Source: Macrostomum lignano (Eukaryota). From it: a DNA stretch of 39,406 bases. Numbering within the stretch: position 1 is the first letter of the stretch; the number at the start of each line of letters is the position of its first letter. Of this stretch, positions 10,491-23,157 are shown one piece after another. Where the stretch lies: contig NIVC01004650.1 of NCBI GenBank assembly GCA_002269645.1, positions 1 through 39,406 of the forward strand. The letters run 5' to 3'. The position numbers and the translations under genes are program-made. Under the pieces are notes generated by a model. That model made no database searches and was not told the DNA's origin. It saw only the letters and a list, made by a program, of their open reading frames with translations.

Positions 10491-10994
10491 TTAACTTTGT
10501 GCCCGTAAAATACTCGTAATGAAATAATAATTTGACATTAACTATCCCTTTCTGGGAGAACCGTTACATTACAAATTTACAACACAAAACAGTCAGCATT
10601 TGCATTAATACAGAAACATGTGTTCTAGGATTTAAGCATCTGCGTCTTTGCATAGCCATCTGTTAAAGACAGAAAATTCCACGACTAGACAACCAAGGCG
10701 AGGGCGAGGAGAGAGGCACAGATTCCCCAGGGACTCTAATCTGTTCGGAAGACACGAGCTAGGGGGGGGGACTGGAGGACACCAGCGAGTAGCGAGAAAA
10801 TGTACTAAAAGAGCCGAAGGGAATATTATTAGACAAGAAAAAAGGCTAAGAGACGGCTGCTAAGCTAGGAGTCGAACGCATCGCCCATATGGTCATAAAA
10901 TAGGCACAGTTTTACTATCATCGAGGAGAGAATAGATACCGATCAAGTTTCTCGTCAGCATAGGGTGAAAGCGACAGTAATAGTACACGTAGCA

Positions 10995-11110
10995 CGTAGC
11001 TTGGGGAATTGTAGTCTATCTATCTAAATAAAAAAACTGATATATTGTGTCATAAGTCATTTCGAATCGATGTTTTTTAACGTCATAGCGTTTCCAAGTG
11101 ACGTGCTTTC
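10995..11110. promoter_or_regulatory. Possible promoter: ACTACAATTCCC (ZNF143/THAP11-type) motif on the minus strand plus CRE-like GTGACGT
   Basis: ggggaattgtagtc at about 11003-11016 and gtgacgt at about 11098. No associated ORF identified. Confidence 0.3.
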
Positions 11111-11160
11111 ACAGGGTTGAAATCTCACAACGTAGAAAATCCAAATAGGTCCTATGAATC

Positions 11161-11197
11161 TGAATTGGAATCTCGGCTTGGGTCTGTTTGTACAATC
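11161..11197 (+). mobile_element. Fragment of the same SINE
   Basis: aattggaatctcggcttgggtctg matches the SINE body. Confidence 0.55.
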
Positions 11198-12493
11198 AAT
11201 ATTTTTGTCATCCCGAATTTGGACCCTGGATGCAGATTGCAGTGTGATTTTGAGGCTTAAAATTCACTTCAAAATTAATAATCTGAATTGATGAATGAAA
11301 CTGTGACAAAAAATTGATCAAAAAATGTCTCACGCTGGCATGGAAGCCTTTGTTAACCATGAAATTATAAAAATGAGACTGTAAGCTATAAAGATTAGAA
11401 CGAATCGATAAACGGAATTGAAGCCCCCTATAACGAAGGTAAGCAAACACAGTTTAGGTGCATGCAGCATGCAGTGTTTTTATATTGGTTCTGTACTCCC
11501 CAATAATCTCAGTGTATTTACTTACTTCTCTCAAACCCGACCAATCGTTCTGAGTACTTTAGCCTAATCCCAATATACACAAACCCTGGACAGACCTTGA
11601 GTGCCTATGAGATTAACAAACATTATTAAGCATTGGGAGAATTTCTTTAAACACAAAAATTCTGTCGGTTAGTTAAATATGTGAAAAAAAGAAACATTAA
11701 ATTTCTCGGTCTGAATGATTTTTGTTGATTGTTGAAAGTAGGCTACTAGCGGTCGATTGCTTAAGCAACTACTGAAGGGTACAAGAGTGCAGCCAATTGC
11801 TGCTAGTGCTATAAGGGCGCGGGCATGCATTCGGTGAGGGATTAGGAACCAACAATTAATAATTTGCTTTTTAAGCACTCCAAACTTCAAGCATACAATA
11901 ATAATGCTTAACGCACCCCCTCTCTGAATTCACACGATTTTGGGAATCCTTGAAAAGATCGAAGCCCTTCAGCAATGTTTTATGGAATACATACATGTAC
12001 AATACAAAAAGTAATGACTGCTTGAGAATTAAACTATAGTGACTGCTACTTACTAAAACGCATTGAATGGTCACAAAAGTCTAGGATGTACTTATGCCGA
12101 ATTTATGACCTCATAAATATATTCTATATTCTATATTAACTAAGATCTGCATGCTAGCTAGGGAGTGAAACTAATAAAACATACTAGCGTGAATAATTAG
12201 ACTGGAAACTTTCGCGAGCTAATTTTCTAAGGATTAGGCCTCCAGGGTCAACAGAGAGGGCTGACAGAATTAACAGGCCGGGGAAAGGTTTAACTGGAAA
12301 AAGAAAATTACTTCTCAACTAAAGGCTACTCGCTCACTTTTCTGTCAAAAATATAATTGAAGACGCAATACGAAAGCCCTATGTAAGCGTGACCCACAGA
12401 CAGAAAGTACAATTTTAAGCAAACCAGCAATAAGATGCTACATATCTATCTCACTCTACGAAGAGCAAATAAATACGTCTGTTAATAGTATAA

Positions 12494-13477
12494 TATAGGA
12501 TTTTTCGTTTGATTTCATAAAATAGCCATTTGATTTCGTCCATAGAAGTTGGCAGCGCGGCCATAGAGTCTATGGCAATAAAGTGCACTGTTTTCCGATT
12601 GAATTCATAACTTTGCCACTTCATTTCGACATACCCAGTAGAAAGGCAACAGAAAAGTCGATGCGCTTGTCCAGTACAGAAAGAACTGTTAAAAACAGAA
12701 AGCTGTGTATTTAAGTCACATGAGGAAGTAGGCAGTTCAACAGTGAAATCAGTTATGTCCGCCAAAGTTAATGCTCGTTCGCAGCAACAAGCTACAAATT
12801 TCACATTATCTGCTGCTCATTGATGCACAGGGGCAGAAACCGCATCACATGTCGTTCCTAGGCAAGGCACTTCGAGGCGGAAATTTCCTCTAGTGCAACG
12901 TAGCCGCAGCGGAAAAGCACCATGAGTCTCCACTGCGTTAGGTTGATGCCATCAGGCGGATTGCTAAGTTCCTGTTGAAGCTCAGGTGTTGCTAGCTGGC
13001 GTTTAAGCGAAGCCTTGAGACAACTGTGTGCCTGCTCCGCGGCGTTAAGAAATGGAGTACACTTCACTATGGAGTACACTGTCTGTTTGTTGATGTTGAG
13101 CCATCGTGCTATGTCCGTCACTTTCTCACCCCTGTTCATTGCTTCAATGACAAGATGCCTTCTGTCGTTTCCAATGGACGCGTATGCAGCCATTTTTAGG
13201 CACACAAGGAAGGTGACTGTTGCCCAAGAAGAGGACACGTTCATATAGGCTTTTCATTTCTATGAGAGGTTTGGCCATAGATATTCACCCACTGATATCC
13301 CAGCCCCCTCTGGCAGTGTTTGAGCCACTCCGCACGCCAAGTCGAAATGAAGTAGCAAAGTTATGAATTCAATCGGAAAACAGTGCACTTTATTGCCATA
13401 GACTCTATGGCCGCGCTGCCAACTTCTATGGACGAAATCAAATGACAATTTTATGAAATCAAACGAAAAAACCTATA
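12494..13477 (-). mobile_element. Internally deleted IS630-Tc1-mariner DNA transposon with ~135-bp TIRs
   Basis: Inverted arms at about 12494-12630 and 13340-13477 (tttcgtttgatttcataaaat..gtccatagaagttggcagcgcggccatagagtctatggcaataaagtgcactgttttccgattgaattcataac); TA at both outer ends; transposase remnant inside. Confidence 0.88.
12858..13193 (-). pseudogene. Tc1/IS630-like transposase remnant: N-terminal HTH fused in frame to the C-terminal segment; catalytic core deleted (111 aa)
   Basis: RRHLVIEAMNRGEKVTDIARWLNINKQTVYSIVK is a paired-like HTH. CTPFLNAAEQAHSCLKASLKR resembles the YSPFLNPIEExFSxLK motif of DDE_3 transposases. Confidence 0.8.
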
Positions 13478-15305
13478 ATATTTTAGGGATTTCCTCATTA
13501 TCGCTTTTAAAGCCTGGGTAATATTGTGATTATATCATAGACTATGTGGCAGAGTTATACAAGCGCCTGAGCTGCCACAGATAATAAAACACTAGATATT
13601 TCACTCTGCATTGAGTAAAGCCATTTTTTGTGTTATAGTCTATGGCTCAAAAGAGTGTCTACTCATTGGGTGTGCGTCAGCGTGCGCATGACAAGAAAAA
13701 GTGCTATAGTTGCTCCAAAAATGAATTTTGACGCAAGGCACTGCTGTTTGACGACGCACCCATGTTCGTTCACGCTACTAACCAAAGAGTAGTTGCAAAA
13801 ATCTAAACAAGAGCGAACTATCTAGGGTTATAGTATCTGTGTGAGCTGCATCGATGTATATGGGCATGGGGTGTGAGTGTCAACCATAGATTTAAAATGA
13901 TTTAATGAGTAACTATACAGTTAAATTATAAAAGCGTGAATACAGAAGCAAAACGAAGCTATTAGGTACAATTTAGTATTTTAGGATCCCATATGGAAGT
14001 TAAGGATTAACATCTAGCTATAAAAGCAGCTATAAAATGTTCAACTGACTTACAAATTGAAGATTGAAGATTTGTAAGCCCAAGCCATAGGGCAAAAGGT
14101 TTTTTTGGAATTCAGCTAGCGGGCGAAAATTTAAGCCTCTAGAAAAATACATCTTCACTTCTAGCTAATGCATTACTGGAATTCTTCTTGGCTTTTTCCG
14201 CACAAAAAATCCCGTCTGGAATCAGCGTATGAAGCTTTAAGTTTTTGTCGAATACAATTTTGACTCCAATGACTTCTGTTCGATTTGAAATCTTGAACAA
14301 CGGCGCATACACGTTTGCGTGAGGCAATGCAGAATTTTCTTCAATTAAAAATGCACGAACGGACGAGGTATGGAATATGAGGCTTTGAGAATTCGGAGAA
14401 AAATCACCCCCCTCAGTGACGGCGCAGGGGGGGGCAGCTGCCCCCGGGTGACCACAGGTCACTGCCTCAATGGGGGTGCCCACCCCACCATCCCCACGGC
14501 CCTCAAAAAGACCCTAGGAAGGGAGGGCAGATGGTCATCCCTTGCTATGCAACTTGGATAAATGATTAAAAATGCATTTTTATAAGAAATTTCGTGTTGT
14601 ACATTCATTTTGTAAGAAGTGTGTCAGAATTTGTTCGTAATTTTTTACTTCCTTAGAAGGGTACTAAGAAAGTAAAAAAGTTTCTTAAAGGACTAAAACT
14701 GCACGTCTGGGGGGAGGGGTTCCATTTTGATCCATGACATTATCTTGACTATAAGAAGCAATAGTGAAAAAAACTAAAACCGCACAAAAATAATACTATT
14801 CGGAATGGGACATTAAATATAAGAGCTTTCTAGTCTAAAGGGCGGTGTTGGTTGTTGGTTACTAATGGAACGCTTGCATATTAGCTGGCGAAGAAGCAGT
14901 CAGTCTGGGCAATGCAATTAATATACAGCATTGCTATAAGTAGGCAATCAACAATCGTACTATTCCAAGATGCAATAGCAAGGCGCCTTTACGTTTCCTA
15001 CAGTTTCCCACTCTGACAGCAGGACCTGAAGGGAAGAGGTGCTTAATTTTCAATACTAATTTTCCTCACCCCTGTACATGCGGTTAGAATACTGCTGACC
15101 AATAATGCAAGACGGATCGAGCCATTGGACGAAGCATACACTGGACGCAAGAGAGAAGTAGTCATATAAGTGGGAACAGTTGGCTTGCTTTAGGACGAAT
15201 CTGAAGCTAGAAGAGTACTTTCATTTGGCATATAATTTACATGTAAAAATGAAAACTGAGAATTTCTCTAACGAAGGCAATGAAGAACAATAGTTCGAGA
15301 CCAGA

Positions 15306-16991
15306 ATGACACAAGTTATTCGAGGCGATACAGTCTATAGCTTGGGTCCGTGCCTTGGCAAAGGCGGTTTCGGCACCTGCTACAAGGCGGTGGAGCGATC
15401 CTCAACAGCACCCGTTGAGCGAGTAGTAGCTCTGAAGAAAATCAGCCAACAGATGGTTAAAGAAGCGGCCAAGGAGCCGTACCTCAGATACGAGATCGCG
15501 CTGCACAGCCAGCTGGCACACCAAAATGTCGTCGAACTTTTTCTGACATTCTCGAGCAACGACAGTATCTATTTTGTTCTCGAATATTGTAATAAGAAGT
15601 CGCTGGCAGACATCATTATCCGCTTTACTACTCTGCCAGTCGATGTGGCGGCTTACTACTTTTGCCAACTAATTGCTGGTCTAAAGTACATTCACGGGTG
15701 CCGAATTCTGCACAGAGATTTGAAGCTCAGCAATATCCTTGTCGACGCAAACGACGTAGTAAAGATAACTGATTTTGGATTGTCCTGCACAATTACAAGA
15801 AGCTATTTGGAACGACACCTATCGTGTGGTACGCCGAATTACTTAAGTCCCGAAGTTCTGCTGAGACAGGGTCACACAGTTAAGTCAGACATATGGTCAT
15901 GCGGAGTTGTACTATACGCGTTGTTTGGCGGAGTACCGCCTTTCCAAGCGGAAGAACTCTTGGAAATATATAGAAACATTGTGTCCGGTAGCTACCAATT
16001 TACAAAGTATCACACTGACGATCATCTTAAGCATCTGATAGCCCGACTGCTGCAACTAGATCAAGAGGAGAGACCGGAACTCGACGATATTCTGCAGCAC
16101 GAGTTCTGTCGCTACGGAAAACAGTACGAACATCAGTTAATGCAAGACGAAAAATCAGCAACTACATGCGCAAATCTAGGCAATAGTTCAAGCATTAGTA
16201 CAATGTCGAAAAGCCTCACTAACTTGTTTGGCAAGCCTAAACAGGCGACAAGCCAGGAAAAACCGGAGCAAAACGAAAAGCATCAGAAAGCTTTTCATCC
16301 TTCAAACTTGAACGGTGTACCACGGAGCCTCACAGTTGTCGATTTAAAACTGCGGCGTACAACCAATCTACTGCAGTATTTTCGTAATAGACCAGCTTGG
16401 AAAAAGCGTGCTACAGACTTTCAAGCTGGCTGGCTAACTTGGTGGCGCGACAAGACCTCCACAGTTGGCTTCTATTATCAGTTGTCAACTGGTTACAACT
16501 GCGCTCTCTACAACGATGCCACCAGCTGTCTGTACCATAGAGAAACCGGACAGGCCCACTTTCTAAACCTGCAGTCAAGCCGACGCATTCACACCGAGAG
16601 CTCCGCTAATTTAGAGACGATCAACAAATTCTACGAACCAATGCTACGCGACATTATCGAAGAGTTTCAAGACGTCTCATCGACAAATCAGCTTGGCGAG
16701 CAACTTAGCTGGGTGAGCCAGAACAATGGCCAAGGCAACGAAACAATCGACTATCTCACTAGATGGACAACTTGTTGCAACGAAACCTATCGAGTATTCT
16801 ATTTCTCGGATGACTCGATTCAAGTCAACTTTGCAACTGCGTTTGTGCTTCGACTGTGCGGCCGTTTGTGTTATTTTTATCAGCCAGCAAGATGGAGCTT
16901 CCTGGTGGAGTCAAAACCATTCGATGCGTGGTGTTTCCAGGAGATCAATGCAGAACTAGTCGATGTGCTGTGTGATATATTCCTAGAATAA
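15306..16991 (+). CDS. Intronless, divergent Polo-like Ser/Thr kinase (kinase domain plus two polo boxes), 561 aa
   Basis: GKGGFGTC, VALKK, HRDLKLSN, DFG, CGTPNYLSPEVL, GH..DIWS. PB1 WLTWWRDK..GFYYQLS....LYNDAT and PB2 YLTRW..FSDDSIQVNF. In-frame stop 15 nt upstream of the ATG; AATAAA overlaps the stop codon. Subfamily not assignable, so no symbol given. Confidence 0.93.
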   Translation: MTQVIRGDTVYSLGPCLGKGGFGTCYKAVERSSTAPVERVVALKKISQQMVKEAAKEPYLRYEIALHSQLAHQNVVELFLTFSSNDSIYFVLEYCNKKSLADIIIRFTTLPVDVAAYYFCQLIAGLKYIHGCRILHRDLKLSNILVDANDVVKITDFGLSCTITRSYLERHLSCGTPNYLSPEVLLRQGHTVKSDIWSCGVVLYALFGGVPPFQAEELLEIYRNIVSGSYQFTKYHTDDHLKHLIARLLQLDQEERPELDDILQHEFCRYGKQYEHQLMQDEKSATTCANLGNSSSISTMSKSLTNLFGKPKQATSQEKPEQNEKHQKAFHPSNLNGVPRSLTVVDLKLRRTTNLLQYFRNRPAWKKRATDFQAGWLTWWRDKTSTVGFYYQLSTGYNCALYNDATSCLYHRETGQAHFLNLQSSRRIHTESSANLETINKFYEPMLRDIIEEFQDVSSTNQLGEQLSWVSQNNGQGNETIDYLTRWTTCCNETYRVFYFSDDSIQVNFATAFVLRLCGRLCYFYQPARWSFLVESKPFDAWCFQEINAELVDVLCDIFLE

Positions 16992-19900
16992 ACTGGGACT
17001 GCAGCTATGAATCGGGAATACAATGCAGAAATCTGTTTGGTACAGTGCATATCAAAGATATTACACTTCTTCAAAAATATTTAACAATTGTACAGTTGAA
17101 ACAACAAATTTATACATATTTTAGCAGCATGAATAATCTCATAGTTGGTAAATGTTTAGAAAAATACTTTTTGCTTCTTTCTTTTTATTCTAACAAATAC
17201 ACCAAAAATTAAATATTTGTATTATTGCTATTACTGTTATAAACCTATGCAAATAACTTTATACATAGAAAATGATTACTCTAATGCAACAAATAAACAT
17301 AGTATAATGCACAATGTGCAAAAAACATGAAAAGTTTATTGAAAAAAATAACAATGAAATAAACTAAATTCTTGTATAAATAGTAATATCAAGCCATTGC
17401 AAATTGCAGGCACACTACTTATAGTAGGTGAGCAATATATAAAAGATAAACAAACAATTACATAATTTTTATGGTGATTATACTCATCACAATTTATATA
17501 GAAATAACATGAATAAATAAAAAGTTAAAATACAAAACAAAACTAGAGATTAAAAGACTTTGTACACTAATTTTGAATAGCCTAGCATATATACTTAATG
17601 ATCCATTTTTATGATATAGCTGTTCTTTCTATCATATGACTAAATAAATTTCAAACATAAATCTAATGAGAAGTCTAAGTACATTCTTAAATAGTTTATA
17701 TACTACAGAGTTCATTCTTTTATTAACCTAGAAATTCTATATATATTTCTTAATAAATTCTTCTAGTAAATGTATCTTAGATTATCTAGGTATTTAGCTA
17801 TCTGGAATAAGTTATTACTAGATAAGAGAGTCATGGCCTTCTTATTATTGTACTTAAGAGGTACTTATCTACTATGCTTTTTATCTAGTATCTTACTTAA
17901 AATCAGTAGTATACATTGACTAGTGTGACCTCGCAGGTTTGGCTATTGGTTTATTATGGCTTAGTGGATATAACCAGGTTGAGTTTTGGTAGAGTGTTGC
18001 CACCAGGCTCCTGATATTCTCAAATCCTATGTTAGTGATTAATGAATTGAGTCAGAACACCAATGAATATATTTACTCCAAAAATTGGAAAAGAAAGAAA
18101 ATAATTAAGCATGCAATAGGTAATACAATAATTAACCCTCAGTTGTACAATGTTATTTAGGCAAAGACTCCTTGTAGTGCATTGTTTTAGCATTGACTAC
18201 CTTTAATAGTTCTATGTAACCTTGCTCATATCACCAGTCTTACCTTCTATATCCTATGCTGAATTGTCTTAAATAGTTTGTTAAGTTTCAAGACTAAAAC
18301 CATAACATACACGCAAGTTTCTCTTCCCACAAGTCCAACTGCTTAGTAATTATGAAGAAGCCCAAAATTTGAATTTTTTATTTCACTATAATTACTTTTC
18401 CTGGCTGAAACTACTGGCAGTAGTGTAAAAGCATATTTATAACCTATTCCAATATTATGCCCTACTACATTATAGTATGTTTAGCTATTATTTCACTGTT
18501 TCAAAATTATGCATTTTAAAACAAAGTATTTACTACAGATTAAAAGTAATATTTTACATATATATTTACTTATAATATCGAAACAAATAGACATTAATAC
18601 TTTAGATAGCTTAGCATATATTCTTAACAATCATTTTTTTCTAAAAAGGATGTAGCCATTATTTTTTTATCATGTGACTACATAATATAAAAGCAATAAT
18701 CTAATGTACTCATAGTATTTTACTAAGAAATAGTCATAATACATATTTCATTAATATTTATAGCCTTGGTAATAAATAGGGGCTAAACTAATGTATGACC
18801 AAATTAACTTAAGGCCTAAGTAAATTTAGTGATTAATTAAAGATTAAATCTGTGGCCAAAACAGTCTATAGATGAAACAAGCAACTATTCACACTCTAGA
18901 AGATGTCATTCATGCTAGAACTTTCTAGTATACATTGTATTTGGAGTGCAATATATATTTTTAGTTCTAGTTCTAGTATATTCTCTGGTATGCATTCAAT
19001 ATAATCTAAATCTAAAGTATAGCTAGTTACTAGTTATTAGTTGCATACTTGAGACTAGTCCAAATTTGAATAATACAATAATGATAAAAGTAAAAGATAG
19101 CTTATTTAGATTAAGGTTGTTCAGTTCTAGTTCTTGAATCATACTTTGAAATGTGACTATAATAAAATGGCACCTAATAAAACAATATTTTATTATTAAA
19201 ATATTAAGATTGCCATAAAATAAAAATACATAACAATAAAAATAATTTTCATAAAGTTTGTCTTCTTTCATTTTGACTTTTTTTCTAAAATAACAAAAAC
19301 TCTTTGGCAAAGCTTAAATCAATTTTAATAAATTGTTTGCCAAGATAGCCAGGTTTATACAAAATGGTCATTGCAAAAAATATTTTGCGGTTATTGACTT
19401 TTGCCAAAAATACCTTGTCAAAGTGGGTTGAAACCAATTGGAAGTCTACCAAATATATCTACCAAAATAATGACAACCTCATTAGACCTATCTAAAACAA
19501 TTTATCCCATATGCACATTTTAATATAAACTGCATATGTACTATGACTACAAGTCAAAAGGATGGCAGATCAAAAAGCAAAAGGCAATAGTCAGAAAGAC
19601 AATAGTCAAAGGATGACAATCAATATTTTTAAGCTAAAATTACAAGTTCATATATATGAGCTATTATAACAATTAGACTTCTCTTTCTGGCGTACACCTT
19701 ACCATCTGCATAATGGGTCCCTTGTAAGCCTTGACATATCAGTAGTTCTCCCATAAGCCTTAACATATAAACTCCCCCTTTGACAACTTAGCAATGCCCC
19801 CATAAGCCTTGAAATCTTAAAAAAATCTGTCAACCTTCTAACCCCAGCCCTTTAGCCCAAACACTAACCTTAGCCTAACCCTAAAGTAGTAACATTTTAG

Positions 19901-20489
19901 TAATTCTTGTCAAAAGTCATGAGATAGGCCTTATTTAGCCCCACTTGATTTCTTAGAATTATTGTATTTGAAACTAGGCTAATTTTTGTTTTAATGAGTG
20001 TAATATTGGTAATATTGTAAATATTATGAATTTATGAAATTTCGAAATTTTGAAATTATGAAATTTTATTTGTTTAAAACCAAACTGAAAAAGGAGTATA
20101 AATACATAAGCAGAATCAGAAGGAAACCAACTCGTTTGCTGCTTGCTTCAAGCTTAAAATTGCTCTAGTATCTTGAAATTGAAGCCTTGTTCAATACTTA
20201 CTGACTTAGTTATTAAGAATCCCTAAAATTGGGAGAGTCCAAACCATTCTCAGAAGAACAAGAAATCTAGATCTAGAATCTGAGAAATTGCCTTTAGAAG
20301 GCAGGAATCCTACCATAGGGTAGAGAAGTCCAGACTCAGAGTCTGAAAAACCCACCTCAGGGCAGGAAAACCCAGCAAAGTACGCTATGACCCTATGATC
20401 CAAGGAACCGCCAGGACTGAGAATATTATCTTTAGAATATAGGGATAGGATAGACAGTGCCTAAAGACTGCTCAGGCCAGAAAGTACAA

Positions 20490-20565
20490 CAAAAGTACAT
20501 ATGCTACCAATAAAAGTACATACGCTACCAATAAAAGTACATATGCTACCAATAGAAGTACATGC
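20490..20565. repeat. 24-bp tandem repeat (AAAAGTACATATGCTACCAAT..) x3
   Basis: Three visible adjacent copies. Confidence 0.8.
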
Positions 20566-20617
20566 AGTACTAGTAAAAGGCAAGTAATAACTAGTAAGAT
20601 TAATAAGAAGAAATAAC

Positions 20618-21001
20618 TAGAGGTCGGATGGGACTGAAATCTTCGGGTAGGATCGGGATCAGGAATAATTTTTTTCTCAGGATCGGGATTCGAGAATTGG
20701 GATCAGGTCTTTTAGCGTTTTGTCCATGTAAAGTTAAACAAAAATTGAGAAAAGATTGTCAAGATCAAGAAGTAAAACACAACGAAATTGATATGAAGTT
20801 TTGTAACCAACAAAGTAAATAATGTAACGAGTACAAGTTAAATCAAAATACCTTCAAGTAATCACTAATTCTATAAATTTTTAATCAAAAGACCTGTTCT
20901 TGAATCCCGAGTTTTTTAGGGTTAGGATTCCGGTCCCCAGTGGGAATTCAATTTTTTTCGGGATCCCGAGATTTCGGGATCGGGATCCCATCCGACCTCT
21001 A
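20618..21001. mobile_element. hAT-type MITE, 384 bp
   Basis: 16-bp TIR TAGAGGTCGGATGGGA / TCCCATCCGACCTCTA; 8-bp TSD with 7/8 match (GAAATAAC / CAAATAAC); subterminal CGGGAT repeats. Confidence 0.85.
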
Positions 21002-21365
21002 CAAATAACCCCTGTTATAACTTTGGTGGCAATTAGTAGGATAATTGGAGGACAGAAGTAAGCTCTAGGACAACTTTGGTGTCTCAGTGATGAGATTCTC
21101 AGTGTATAGGAATTACAACTGTAACAACTTGGTGGCATAATGGTAGAATTTTCATAGAGAGCCAAAAGGCATGTAACAGTCATTATAGCACTACAGCATT
21201 ATAGCAATTCCCTATAAGCCTTGACATCATAAGGATTCCTAAATGAATCTCTAGCTAGGCCTAGCTAAGGCTAGCTAGGCTGGCCAATGCAATCAAGACA
21301 AAATAATATTCCTATTAAAATTTATTAAGGTCAGACAAGGTCTTAATCTTGATTGTCAAGATCTT

Positions 21366-22291
21366 GGCATTATTTCGTTTACAATCCCCTTATATTTTTT
21401 CTATAGAACATGGCACTTTCATTATACGATCCCCTATGTAAAAGATACGAGTCTTGTTTGCATATCAATGGAGTATATTTGAAGTTCAATTAGGGCCTAT
21501 CCTATTCAATTGTAAGACACAATTCTTGGCAAGAGTAGGGATATATCTATATTCACTTTTGTTATATGATCATTCAAATGGAGGAAATGTATGGAAAGGG
21601 ATCAGATAACAAAACTTGGGCTTTTCATCAATTTTGTAGGCTTAATAGGCCTACAATCCCCCCAAGTTAAAAAATTGTTTGCAAGGGATTGTGTACCTTA
21701 TTTAACCTGATGTAGATTCCACAAAAGTAAACCATGATTTTTTTCTGGCGTTCCTCCCTTCTCTTTTTTTAAACCACCCTCACTTTTGTTATATGATCCC
21801 CAACAACGTAAAAAAATGTTGTCTATAGGCCTACTGTAAGGGGATTGTAAAATGAAAGTGAGGGGGGGGGTCAAGCATGGAATTATTAGATAGTATGAAC
21901 TATCTTTATTTCACCTAAAAGTGCGATACCTTGATTTCATTTTTGATATACAATCCCCTGCAAACAAATTTTCGACTTGGGGGAATTTGATGAAAAGCCC
22001 AAGTTTTGTTATCCGATCCCTTTGCATACATTTCCTCCATTTAAATGATTGTATAATATAACCAAAGTGAATATAGAGACATCCCTCTTGCCATGAATAT
22101 TTTCGAGGCTTTGTTTGCCTCTTTTTGGTTGAACTCCACTTCAAATAGACATCAATTGAAACTGCCTTAATGCAGTGCCTTTGACTCATGGATAACGTTT
22201 CGTCTGATTTCTATTCTTTGACTGCGTATTTTACACGGGGATCGTATAACGAAAGTGCGTAAGAATGGGGATCTTAAAACAAAAGAATGCC
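21366..22291. mobile_element. Merlin-type MITE with long degenerate inverted arms (about 330 bp)
   Basis: GGCATT...AATGCC termini; 8-bp TSD AAGATCTT (21358-21365 and 22292-22299). Arms share gcactttc.ttatacgatcccc and aaatggaggaaatgtatg.aaagggatc.gataacaaaacttgggcttttcatcaa. Confidence 0.75.
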
Positions 22292-23157
22292 AAGATCTTG
22301 ACACTTTTTTAAATTTCAATCTCGGTTATGAGATCTTAAGATTTAGGACAAGATTTGCAATTACATGACTATTTATAACTACGATATTTATTATGTGGTT
22401 ATGATGATCTTCCAGTTTGTTTCCTGATATTATTTTTAAGTTTGAATTGGTGCTGTAACATAGTGCCGTGAATTTGTCCGTGGCCATACCATACCATACT
22501 TTGAGCGTTTGAGGTAGGTATATACAGCAAAATATTTATTCTAAAAAAAGCCATGGTTTCTTTGAAATTCATAGGTTAAACTACAACTCTGTAAGTAATA
22601 GTTAAAACAAAAACAATAATAGAGAATTTGAAAAATATATAACTTAAACTTTTTTTATGCTATTAATGTTTAGGCAAGTTTTTATATTTAAATATTATCA
22701 AGTCAAACATTATTTTAGTTTTTTTTAATTTTGTTAAAAAGCGCGCCAAAATTAAACAGATTACCGGTACCGCCATAGCCATCATGGTACCTCCTCGAGG
22801 TTGACGAAATCGGGTGAAGAGCTACAACTTTCTTACGTTAAGATCGAACAGTTAGCATGTCGACTGCAATCACGACATGATTTTCTCTCGATTAAAAGCG
22901 GAATATATAGCTTCCTTTAGGCAGTGTTTGGCGTGAGTTTCAAATTTATTATTGTAGTCTATTGATAGCACAAACTAGAGCCCGTGCTGTCTACTTCTCT
23001 ACATTTATATATAGAAGGGTGCAATGTATAAGTTATTATTTATGATATATAAACTTATGTAGTGGTTATTGTTGGACTGCAAACATACTGAAGTTGGACT
23101 GAATTTGGCCTAGCTATTTAGGACTAGCACAAAACTATTCAAGATATCACATTTTCT

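Noticed and set aside
13536-13644. 10-bp inverted ends CATAGACTAT/ATAGTCTATG
   Set aside because: Possibly a tiny MITE, but there is no TSD and the CCATAGAC motif is scattered through the window; too weak to call.
14139-14561. 114-aa ORF and GC-rich hairpin cassette (cagtgac..gtcactg)
   Set aside because: No protein motif recognised; the hairpin is probably a MITE end, but no partner TIR or TSD was found.
15402-17074. ORFs overlapping the Plk gene (15402..15668, 16726..16959, 16880..17074)
   Set aside because: Shadow frames of a real coding sequence.
17100-19700. Long AT-rich tract with ORF 19023..19310
   Set aside because: Low-complexity F/I/K/L/N/Y composition typical of noncoding AT-rich DNA.
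19700-19890. TAACCC-like tract with cataagccttgac repeats (Helentron/HINE-like)
   Set aside because: Too short and degenerate; not a telomere array, and element ends could not be defined.
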